NCBI GenBank assembly: GCA_031256725.1
Contig: JAIRQE010000019.1
Coordinates: 120,001-152,000, forward strand
Source: Propionibacteriaceae bacterium
Lineage (GTDB): Bacteria; Actinomycetota; Actinomycetes; Propionibacteriales; Propionibacteriaceae
Length of the DNA stretch: 32,000 nt
Direction of reading: 5' to 3'
A program made the position numbers and the translations under genes. Below are positions 24,179 through 32,000 of the stretch, one piece after another. The notes under the pieces are model-generated. The model had not been told where the DNA came from, searched no databases, and saw only the letters and a program-made list of their open reading frames with translations. Each line of letters starts with the position of its first letter. Within the stretch, counting starts at the first letter, position 1.

Positions 24179-25576
24179 ATGACACAAGTAAAGGCCTCTT
24201 CGACAGAAGAGAAAACTTATAGTCAACTTAGCGCAGGTCGGCGCTGGTTCCTATTGATCCTTGCCAGCATTGGCAGTTCTATTATTTATGCCCCTGCCTA
24301 TCTGAAGGCTGTTTTTTACGATCCATTGATGCAAGCCCTTGGTGTCACAAACACCCAATTGGGTGCAGTCTTTGGCGCTTATGCCATTACTGCATTGGTC
24401 TGCTACCTGCCCTCTGGGATCATCGCTGACAAGGTGCGTATGCGTACCCTCTCTAGCGTTGGATTCATTTCAACAGGCATCCTGACCGCAATCTATGCGA
24501 TGCTTCCGAGCCTGACCGTTCTATATATTCTGTTCATCTCTATGGGCGTCACAACGATCCTCATTTGGTGGGGAGTTCGGTACAAGCTGGTTCGCTTGGT
24601 ATCCACAGAAGAGCAGTACCCAAGGAGAATAGGTATCTCCTATGGCTTCTATGGTGCAGCAGGTCTCATTATCGGTCTCATCTCAACTTGGGTCGTTACG
24701 ATGGTTGGCGAAAACCTCAAACTTGGCGTCTCCATCTACCTGGGCTTCCTCGCTGTTGTGATCACGACGCTGGGTATTCTCTCCTGGATCTTCATTCCCA
24801 AGTTCGCTGGCGAAATCAAGACCGATGGTCAGGGCTTCTCGTTGACAGAGTTCACGAGTGCATTCCGTAACCCCGTGGTATGGATTGCAGCTATCTCACT
24901 GTTCTTCGTGTACTTCTACTACACAGGTGTGACCTACACCACACCGTACCTCACTGGTGTTCTGGGAGCCTCCCTGGTTCTCACCACCATCGTTGCCAAC
25001 ATTCGTACATATGGTATCACTTTGTTGTCGGGACCGATCTTCGGATACATCTCATCCAAGTTCAAGCCATCCATCACAATTGCTGTCGGCTCAGTATGCT
25101 TCGTTGTCGCTTTGGGAGCTATGATGCTCCTTCCTCCAGGCCCGGCCATGGTCATCGTCGCCTTGGTGCTCGTCGTCGTACTTGGATTCATCGCCAATGG
25201 CGCCTTCTCTGTCGTCTCAGCTCAGTTGACTGAAGGCAAGGTACCGCTTCACTACTTCGGTGCAGCCACTGGCTTGCTCTCCATCATCGGCTTCCTTCCA
25301 GACACCTTCTCCTCGACATGGTTCGGCGCCATCATGGATGCCGGCATTGACGCATCAGGCAATGTTGGCGCTGGAGCCTACCAGACGATCTTCATGATCC
25401 TCATCGGTTCAGCAGTACTCGCGGCCGTCTTCTCCCTAGTCCTGTACCTCTACCTTCGCAACAAGAAGAACAAGGGTACGGACGAGGTCGCAGATGGTAC
25501 CTCTGCTGCGGGCGAAGCAGAAGATTCTGTGAGCAACTCCTCTGACCTCGTTTACGACAACACTGACAACGACTAA
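24179..25576 (+). CDS. MFS transporter
   Basis: 465 aa and strongly hydrophobic, with about 12 predicted helices by eye and an acidic C-terminal tail. It is the first gene of the cai/fix-like operon. Confidence 0.8.
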   Translation: MTQVKASSTEEKTYSQLSAGRRWFLLILASIGSSIIYAPAYLKAVFYDPLMQALGVTNTQLGAVFGAYAITALVCYLPSGIIADKVRMRTLSSVGFISTGILTAIYAMLPSLTVLYILFISMGVTTILIWWGVRYKLVRLVSTEEQYPRRIGISYGFYGAAGLIIGLISTWVVTMVGENLKLGVSIYLGFLAVVITTLGILSWIFIPKFAGEIKTDGQGFSLTEFTSAFRNPVVWIAAISLFFVYFYYTGVTYTTPYLTGVLGASLVLTTIVANIRTYGITLLSGPIFGYISSKFKPSITIAVGSVCFVVALGAMMLLPPGPAMVIVALVLVVVLGFIANGAFSVVSAQLTEGKVPLHYFGAATGLLSIIGFLPDTFSSTWFGAIMDAGIDASGNVGAGAYQTIFMILIGSAVLAAVFSLVLYLYLRNKKNKGTDEVADGTSAAGEAEDSVSNSSDLVYDNTDND

Positions 25577-25588
25577 GAGGTCCCCACG

Positions 25589-26569
25589 ATGACCGCATCC
25601 AATAAGCTCAATGTTCTTCAGTTGATCTCTGATGACATGCAAGCTGTAATCCAGAAGTCAGCAGAACTGGCACCCGATGCCTATGATGTGAATGCTGGTT
25701 TGGACTCCATGCGTACCGCCTATAGTAAAGAACGCGCGTACTGGAATGAAGGCGGACCTGAGGTCCCCTACACGGATGCGGTCATCACCACCTCTCAAGG
25801 CGATGTACCTGTTCGCTTCCACACCCCCACTCACGAGGTCTCCCCTGCGATTATCTATATCCACGGTGGCGGCTTCATCCTCGGTGGCCTGGATACCCAT
25901 GATCGCATCATGCGTATCCTGGCTGACCAAACTGGGGCAACCGTCGTGGGAGTCGACTATTCTCTCTCACCTGAAGCCAAGCATCCTCGCGCACTTCGTG
26001 AATGTGTCGAGCTTGCCCAGTACCTTCACACCCATGGGTCGAAGCACGGAATTGATGGGGACTCCATTAGTTTCGCTGGTGACTCTGGTGGAGCCTTCCT
26101 GAGCTTGGCTTCCTACCTTTACCTTAAAAACGAGGTTGATGGTGCTCGATATATTCAAGCATTGATCCTCTATTACGGACTCTATGGTCTTCGCGACTCA
26201 GTTTCACGTCGCCTCATGGGTGGCACCTGGGACGGATTGACCGAAGAGGATCTGGCTTATTACATGGACTCCTATCTTGCCGATCCGGCTGATGCGCGTA
26301 GTCCCTATGTCGACTGCCTGAGCGCCGACCTCTCTACAGTACCGCCCTGTTTCATTGCAGCGGCCGAGTACGATCCCCTGATCGATGATTCGGCAGCCCT
26401 TGCGGCAGTACTGAGCAAACACGGGCTACACCACCGCTATGTGGTGTATGCCGGTGTTTTGCACGCCTTCCTCCACAATTCCCGCCACCTCGATACCGCT
26501 ATGGATGCACTCGTCGATGGGGCTCAGTTCTTCCGTGACCTCGTGAAGAACCCACAAACCTCCCTATAA
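25589..26569 (+). CDS. alpha/beta hydrolase, hormone-sensitive-lipase-type esterase
   Basis: 326 aa with the oxyanion motif HGGGF, the nucleophile elbow GDSGG, and a late HAF histidine context. Confidence 0.85.
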   Translation: MTASNKLNVLQLISDDMQAVIQKSAELAPDAYDVNAGLDSMRTAYSKERAYWNEGGPEVPYTDAVITTSQGDVPVRFHTPTHEVSPAIIYIHGGGFILGGLDTHDRIMRILADQTGATVVGVDYSLSPEAKHPRALRECVELAQYLHTHGSKHGIDGDSISFAGDSGGAFLSLASYLYLKNEVDGARYIQALILYYGLYGLRDSVSRRLMGGTWDGLTEEDLAYYMDSYLADPADARSPYVDCLSADLSTVPPCFIAAAEYDPLIDDSAALAAVLSKHGLHHRYVVYAGVLHAFLHNSRHLDTAMDALVDGAQFFRDLVKNPQTSL

Positions 26570-26599
26570 ACCACCGAATAAGAAACAAGGAGAACCATA

Positions 26600-27736
26600 A
26601 TGGATTTCGCACTCAACGATGAACAACAGCTATTCGTCGAAAACTTCCGGGAACTCATGGAGCGAGAAAATTGGGAACCTTACTTCGCCGAATGCGACAA
26701 GACCCACACCTATCCCGAGCGTTGGGTGAAGGCCCTATGCGAATTAGGCTTCGATCAGATCATGCTCCCCGAAGAGCACGGCGGCCTCGACCTTGGCCTG
26801 GTCACACTGATGTCTGTGTACGAAGAACTCGGACGCCTCGGCGGCCCGACGTACATCCTCTACCAGCTCCCCTGCTTCGACACCATCCTGCGTGAAGGTA
26901 CCCAAGAACAGATCAACAAGATCATGGCCTATGTTGGCACAGGCAAGCAGATCTGGAATAGCGCATGTACTGAGCCTGGTGCTGGCTCTGATGTGGGCAG
27001 CCTCCAAACCACCTACACCCGCAAGAATGGCAAGATCTACCTCAACGGACACAAGACCTTTATCACTTCTTCAGCGAAGGTGCCCTTCCTCGTCGTGATG
27101 GCTCGCGATTCCGAGAACTATGACACCTTCACAGAGTTCTTCTTGGATATGAGCCTCCCAGGCATCAAGATCGAGCCCCTGGAGAAACTGGGTCTGCGCA
27201 TGGATTCCTGCTCCGATGTCTACCTCGACAATGTTGAACTTGATGAGTCCGACATCTTTGGTACAGAGGGCAATGGCTTCAGGCGTGGTATCGGCGACTT
27301 CGATCTTGAGCGTTTCCTTGTCGGAGCCAGCGACTACAGCTCAGCTCTGTGCGCCTTTGAGGATGCAGCCAAGTACGCCAATGTACGCGTCCAGTTCGGT
27401 AAGACGATCGGTCGCTTCCAGTTGAACCAACTGAAGTTTGCCGAGATGGCAATCAAGCTCAAGGCCATGAAGTACATGCTCTACGAAGCAGCATGGTCCT
27501 TCGATCAAGGCGAGATGACCTCTGCTCAGGCAGCGATGTGTAAGTACTACGGCGCTAATGCTTCCGCAGCAGTCGTTGACGCTGCCATGCAGGTGATGGC
27601 TGGTGTTGCTGTTGCTGGCGACCACAGGATCCAGCGCATCTGGCGTGATCTTCGCGTTGATCGTGTCTCCGGTGGTACCGACGAGATGATGATCCTCACC
27701 CTCGCCAAGGGTGTCCTCAGAGAATACGCAGCCTAA
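26600..27736 (+). CDS. caiA: crotonobetainyl-CoA reductase-type acyl-CoA dehydrogenase
   Basis: 378 aa. It is collinear with my recollection of E. coli CaiA over the whole length (MDFx[19 protein letters not shown], [14 protein letters not shown], [31 protein letters not shown]). Confidence 0.85.
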   Translation: MDFALNDEQQLFVENFRELMERENWEPYFAECDKTHTYPERWVKALCELGFDQIMLPEEHGGLDLGLVTLMSVYEELGRLGGPTYILYQLPCFDTILREGTQEQINKIMAYVGTGKQIWNSACTEPGAGSDVGSLQTTYTRKNGKIYLNGHKTFITSSAKVPFLVVMARDSENYDTFTEFFLDMSLPGIKIEPLEKLGLRMDSCSDVYLDNVELDESDIFGTEGNGFRRGIGDFDLERFLVGASDYSSALCAFEDAAKYANVRVQFGKTIGRFQLNQLKFAEMAIKLKAMKYMLYEAAWSFDQGEMTSAQAAMCKYYGANASAAVVDAAMQVMAGVAVAGDHRIQRIWRDLRVDRVSGGTDEMMILTLAKGVLREYAA

Positions 27737-27746
27737 GGAGTTCGCC

Positions 27747-28958
27747 ATGACACTGCCAACACAGAAACCGTCTTTTGGCCCCCTTGACGACGTACGCGTG
27801 GTCTATGCAGCCGTAGAACTGGCTGTACCCAGGGCTTGCTGCCTCATGGCTGAATGGGGTGCAGATGTTACCTGGATCGAGAACACTGGCGCGGGTGACA
27901 CCATCCGCGACACCGCTTATATTAAGCAGGCTGAACGCCGTAACCAGCGTTCTGTTGCCCTCAACTATTTCAGCGAAGAGGGTACGGAAGTCCTGCTGAA
28001 GATGTTGGAGAATGCGGATGTTTTCATCGAATCCAGCAAGGGTGGTACCTTCGCAAAGCGCGGAATCACAGATGAGATGCTCTGGGAACACAACCCTAAC
28101 TTGGTGATCGTCCACGTCTCCGGTTTCGGCCAAAAGGGTGTACAAGACATGGTCACTCGCGCGGCCTATGACCTCACGGTGATGGCCTATTCGGGGTACA
28201 TGAGCCAAAACGGCACACCCGAGCAGCCCATGAATCCTGGGCCCTACACCGGTGACTACATCAACTCTTTGATGATCCTGTCCTCGACCTTGGCTGCTCT
28301 GCATAAGGTGAAGATCACTGGTCAAGGCGAATCCATCGACCTTGCTATGTTCGAATCCCTGCTCGCCATCGGTCAGTACTATCTCGTTGACTATCTCAAC
28401 GCGGGAATCATCTGGCCTCGCCCAGGACCACGAAACCAGAACCTGTGCGCTATCGGTGAATACCGCTGCTCAGATGGATTCATTGGCCTGTGTGTCTATG
28501 GGGTCACCCAGAATAAGTACCTCCTGGAAGCTATTGGACTGGGAGACCTCTGGGGTAGCGATGACTACCCAGAAGACACCTCGGCCCTATGGCTATCCAG
28601 CCCAAAGGCCGAACTCATCGAAGCCAAACTCGAAGAGTACCTCTCCACACGGACAGTCGCTGAGGTTGAGAAGGACTTTGCCGCTAACCGAATCGCAGCA
28701 CAGAAGGTGATGGAGTTCCCTGATCTGGTTGCTGATGATCATATGAAGGCACGCGACGTCTGGATGGACTGGACCACCGCTGATGGCGAAGAGTTCCACG
28801 GCCTTGGTGTCTTCCCGAAGTTCGAGAAGAACCCTGGTGGAATGTGGCGCCCCATGCCGGCCCAAGGATACGACACCGAGGATGTTCTGCGTCGCATCGG
28901 TTACACAGATGAACAAATCGAGCATTTCGTCGCCACAGGCGTTGCTCTACAGGCATAA
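27747..28958 (+). CDS. caiB: family III CoA-transferase, carnitine CoA-transferase type
   Basis: 403 aa from ATG 27747, with RBS AAGGAG 6 nt upstream. It resembles E. coli CaiB (FGPL, AEWGA.V.WIEN, RGITDE.LW.HNP.LVI.H.SGFGQ, LAALHKV..TG.GESID.AM, PKF..NPG..WR.MP). Confidence 0.85.
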   Translation: MTLPTQKPSFGPLDDVRVVYAAVELAVPRACCLMAEWGADVTWIENTGAGDTIRDTAYIKQAERRNQRSVALNYFSEEGTEVLLKMLENADVFIESSKGGTFAKRGITDEMLWEHNPNLVIVHVSGFGQKGVQDMVTRAAYDLTVMAYSGYMSQNGTPEQPMNPGPYTGDYINSLMILSSTLAALHKVKITGQGESIDLAMFESLLAIGQYYLVDYLNAGIIWPRPGPRNQNLCAIGEYRCSDGFIGLCVYGVTQNKYLLEAIGLGDLWGSDDYPEDTSALWLSSPKAELIEAKLEEYLSTRTVAEVEKDFAANRIAAQKVMEFPDLVADDHMKARDVWMDWTTADGEEFHGLGVFPKFEKNPGGMWRPMPAQGYDTEDVLRRIGYTDEQIEHFVATGVALQA

Positions 28959-28974
28959 GAAACAAGGAGAAAAA

Positions 28975-29721
28975 ATGAAGATAGTTGCCTCGTTCAAAGT
29001 CTCTCCCGAGACCCAAGATATTCAGACCCGTCCTGATCGCAGTCTCAACCTTGAACGCGCACAGTGGAAGGTTGGCACCTATGACCTCAATGCTATTGAG
29101 GCCGCACGCCAACTCGCTGATGAGGTCGGTGGTACGGTCGTCGGTCTTAGTGCTGGTGGATCAGCCCTCGAGAATGCAAAACTCACCAAGGATGCCCTCT
29201 CTCGTGGACTCGACGAATTAGTCACCGTGGTTGATGAAAACCTCGTGGGTTCTGAGAGTTATCAAACTGCATCAGTCCTGGCCGAGTCCCTCACTGAAAT
29301 CGGTGACGTGGATCTGGTTCTCGTAGGTGCTGGTTCCTCAGATGAGTACACCCAGCAGGTTGGAAACCACCTGGGTCAGATCCTGGGATGGCCCACACTC
29401 AATGCCATCGAGACTATCGAAGCTGAGGGTGACCATCTCAAGGTCGAAAGAGTCCTCGAAGATGGCGTCCAAGTCATTGAGGTCCAGCTCCCCGCTGTAC
29501 TCTCGCTGACCTCTGGCGCAAACACTCCAAGGATCGCTGGAATGAAAGACATCCTGGCGGCAGGCAAGAAGCCGGTCACCTCGGTTGCTGCTGGTGTACT
29601 CCCCTCACCAACAGCCACCCCAGTCTCCCAGCTTGCTCCCGAGCAAGTTGACCGTCGCCAGATCATCCTCGAAGGCGTGGACGCAGCTGCGGAACTCGCC
29701 ATCCACCTCAAAGCACTCTAA
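28975..29721 (+). CDS. fixA: electron transfer flavoprotein beta subunit (FixA type)
   Basis: 248 aa from ATG 28975, with RBS AAGGAG. It shows FixA/EtfB-like strings (YDLNAIEAA.QL, LSRG.DEL, QQVG, LPAV). Confidence 0.85.
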   Translation: MKIVASFKVSPETQDIQTRPDRSLNLERAQWKVGTYDLNAIEAARQLADEVGGTVVGLSAGGSALENAKLTKDALSRGLDELVTVVDENLVGSESYQTASVLAESLTEIGDVDLVLVGAGSSDEYTQQVGNHLGQILGWPTLNAIETIEAEGDHLKVERVLEDGVQVIEVQLPAVLSLTSGANTPRIAGMKDILAAGKKPVTSVAAGVLPSPTATPVSQLAPEQVDRRQIILEGVDAAAELAIHLKAL

Positions 29722-29730
29722 GGAAGAACC

Positions 29731-30624
29731 ATGACAAAGATATGGGTTATTGCACATGATGACACTGTTGCCGCGGATCTTGTCCGCAGCGCGCGAGGAT
29801 TGGGCTCCTATGTGGGCACAGTCTGCATAGGCGGTCACGCGGTACCAGGTGCCGATCTGACACTGACAGCACCACAAATACCCGAGACTCTCATTGAAGG
29901 CTACTCTTCAGCCATTGCTGAGGTTGTCAAGGATGGCGACCTGGTTATCTTCAGTACAGACACACAGTCCCGCCTTCTTGCTGGGCTGGTCGCCTCCACA
30001 CTGAAGACCTCTGTACGCAACATCACCTCGATCTCGGCTGAGGGTGATACCTTCACCATCACGAGGCCTTTGTACGGTGGTTTGGCTGTGGTAACGGAAA
30101 CCCTGGGTAGTGGGGCATCTGTACTCGTTGTCGGACCTGGTGCTCTACCTGAGTATGAAGGCGACCTTCCTTCTGGAGAGGTCAAGGACCTTGAAGGTAC
30201 GCCGTCCACGCCCGGATTGAAAGTTGTTGAAACCCGAACCAAGCAGGTCCAGGCAGTCAACCTTGCTGCCGCAAAGCGTGTGATTGGTGTGGGCCGCGGA
30301 TTCGCCCAGGAAGCAGACCTTGAGATGGCTCGCGAACTCGCAGCCAAACTCGGTGGTGAACTCGCCTGCAGCCGTCCTATGGCTGAGGGTGTGAACTGGA
30401 TGCCAGTCGAATGCTACCTCGGAGTCTCCGGGGCAACCATTAGGCCCGACCTCTACCTCGCCATCGGTATCTCTGGTCAGATCCAGCACATGGTTGGCGT
30501 CAACAGATCCAAGGTGATCGTCGCCATCAACAAGGACAAGAACGCACCGATCTTCACCCATGCCGATTACGGCGTTGTGGGGGATCTCTACGATGTTCTT
30601 CCTGCTCTGATCCAGGCACTATAA
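29731..30624 (+). CDS. fixB: electron transfer flavoprotein alpha subunit (FixB type)
   Basis: 297 aa. The FAD-binding C-terminal half has VGRG, ELACSRP, LYLAVGISGQIQHMVG-like LYLAIGISGQIQHMVG, and INKDKNAPIF. Confidence 0.88.
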   Translation: MTKIWVIAHDDTVAADLVRSARGLGSYVGTVCIGGHAVPGADLTLTAPQIPETLIEGYSSAIAEVVKDGDLVIFSTDTQSRLLAGLVASTLKTSVRNITSISAEGDTFTITRPLYGGLAVVTETLGSGASVLVVGPGALPEYEGDLPSGEVKDLEGTPSTPGLKVVETRTKQVQAVNLAAAKRVIGVGRGFAQEADLEMARELAAKLGGELACSRPMAEGVNWMPVECYLGVSGATIRPDLYLAIGISGQIQHMVGVNRSKVIVAINKDKNAPIFTHADYGVVGDLYDVLPALIQAL

Positions 30625-30638
30625 AGGAAGTCATAACC

Positions 30639-32000
30639 ATGGTGGACATTGTTGGTACGACCACATTCCCACAGATGTGGGATGCGGCTGTACGCTGTGC
30701 AGGAGACCGAGTCTTCTTGGCCTTCCTGCACAGTGATGGTACTCGCCTCGAGTTCACTTATCGAGAATTCGACAAGGTTGTATCACGAACCGTTTCTCAT
30801 CTGTCCCATCTAGGGATAGGTCACGGCTCGATGGTCGCTATGCAACTATGCAACTCCCCATGGTTCATATCCTGCCTTATCGGCATCACAAAGCTCGGAG
30901 CCATCGCGGTACCAGTAGGCCCAGGTGCTACTGGTACCGAGTTGGCCGGGATCTATGCCACCTGTGATGCCCAATGGGCCATCGTCGAGTCCATTCACGT
31001 GGACACCCACAAAGAATTACGCTTTCAAGGATTGATTCGCCACGGAATCATCTGCGTGGATGATCTCGTATCTAACGTGTCAGGGGACGCATATTGTGAC
31101 ACCTCAATTCCTGTAGTGATTGGGGTGTCACAATATGCGTCCCCTGACGCTCCGCCCCCTGACACTAGACCAAACACAGGACCAACCAGTGATGACATTG
31201 CGGAGGTGATGTTCACCTCGGGCACAACCGCAGCACCTAAGGGTGTGCTGGTTACCCATGCCAACTTGGTCTACTCAGCTCATGTTGCCACCTGGCAGGC
31301 ATCGCTGCGACCAGATGATCGTATCTTCACGACCATGCCAGCCTGCCACTCCAACTTCCAACTGGTGGCATTAACGGGCGCGATTCTTTCAGGAGCCCGA
31401 CTGGTCCTTTCCGAGAAGTACTCTGCTAGCCGCTTCTGGTCCCAGATACGCACCGAAAAGGCAACAGTGATCCAACTGACTGCCATGATGGCTCGTACCC
31501 TCCTTCTTCAACCATCGAGTGAAGACGACTCCACCCACAATGTGCGGGAGACCTTGTACTTCATGCCTTTGCCTGATGCCGACAAACTGGAGTTTGAGAA
31601 GCGCTTCGGCGTGAGGTTCATGAACTCCTATGGGTCGACCGAATCCATCTGCTGGGCGCTCACAGACCCACCTGTCGGGGAACGCAAGTGGCCTTCGGTG
31701 GGCCGTCCTGCTCTCGGGTACGAGGTCTCTATTGTGAGCCCTGAGGGTGACCATCTTCCAGCGGGGAGTCTTGGAGAGATCTGGGTGAAAGGTGTCCCCG
31801 GTCGTACCCTCATGAAAGGCTACCTGGGCAACGACCAGGCTACACATGCAGCCTTGACTGAGGACGGCTGGCTGCGTACCTCTGACACCGGATATTACGA
31901 CGAACAAGGCTGGTTCTATTTCGTGGATCGGGCCCGCAACCTCATCAAACGTGGAGGCGAGAATATCTCAGCAACAGAGATTGAGACCCTACTCAACTCC
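30639..32000 (+). CDS. caiC: carnitine/crotonobetaine-CoA ligase-type acyl-CoA synthetase (3' partial, runs off window)
   Basis: The frame is open from ATG 30639 to the window end (454 codons). It is not in the ORF track because no stop is reached. It has the AMP-binding motif FTSGTTAAPKG, and SYGSTE, DGWLRTSDTGYYDEQGWFYFVDR and IKRGGENIS. It is collinear with my recollection of E. coli CaiC. Confidence 0.85.
   Translation, partial: MVDIVGTTTFPQMWDAAVRCAGDRVFLAFLHSDGTRLEFTYREFDKVVSRTVSHLSHLGIGHGSMVAMQLCNSPWFISCLIGITKLGAIAVPVGPGATGTELAGIYATCDAQWAIVESIHVDTHKELRFQGLIRHGIICVDDLVSNVSGDAYCDTSIPVVIGVSQYASPDAPPPDTRPNTGPTSDDIAEVMFTSGTTAAPKGVLVTHANLVYSAHVATWQASLRPDDRIFTTMPACHSNFQLVALTGAILSGARLVLSEKYSASRFWSQIRTEKATVIQLTAMMARTLLLQPSSEDDSTHNVRETLYFMPLPDADKLEFEKRFGVRFMNSYGSTESICWALTDPPVGERKWPSVGRPALGYEVSIVSPEGDHLPAGSLGEIWVKGVPGRTLMKGYLGNDQATHAALTEDGWLRTSDTGYYDEQGWFYFVDRARNLIKRGGENISATEIETLLNS
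31077..31150. repeat. 25-bp perfect inverted repeat (27 bp with one G-T pair) inside caiC
   Basis: The left arm GTCAGGGGACGCATATTGTGACACC spans 31079-31103 and the right arm GGTGTCACAATATGCGTCCCCTGAC spans 31124-31148, with a 20-nt spacer. The reading frame is maintained across it. Confidence 0.9.

Noticed and set aside
31025-31907. Minus-strand ORFs (31025, 31280, 31389, 31628) at the window end
   Set aside because: They are antisense to the caiC frame, which is open through the whole region and carries the AMP-binding motifs.

Overview
The window looks like an actinobacterial chromosome segment. Hand counts of single 60-nt lines give about 48-52% GC in core genes. The core content has five parts. 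(1) proB-proA and tRNA-Ala(GGC). (2) A LacI-linked sugar ABC importer divergent from a GH3 glycosidase. (3) A stand-alone AAA+/DUF4143 ATPase. (4) A tightly packed minus-strand string murI-rph-rdgB-thyA-folA-dinB. (5) A plus-strand carnitine-type cai/fix operon (MFS transporter, esterase, caiA, caiB, fixA, fixB, caiC) that runs off the window end. Directly 3' of tRNA-Ala lies a mosaic accessory island of about 7 kb (about 2.85-10.1 kb). Its central block is much more GC-rich (63-67% in spot counts). The island carries a 5'-truncated serine-recombinase remnant, decayed conjugation genes (an M23 peptidase fragment and a VirB2/TrbC-like DUF6112 membrane protein) and small HTH genes. Its cargo is a two-gene operon. 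The first gene encodes a 107-aa Trypco2-type protein. The second encodes a 1239-aa protein with a trypsin-like protease domain, a NACHT NTPase domain and a WD40 domain, whose WD40 array repeats at an exact 132-bp DNA period. This operon is the best candidate for an uncharacterised conflict or anti-phage system. Secondary oddities are listed here. A phased 21-bp motif array plus hairpin lies inside an abnormal 49-aa tail of rdgB, just upstream of thyA. A 25-bp perfect inverted repeat sits inside caiC. Three 23-bp phased repeats lie upstream of the ATPase gene. Palindromic candidate operators lie in the sugar-operon control region. No rRNA, CRISPR array or intact transposase was seen.
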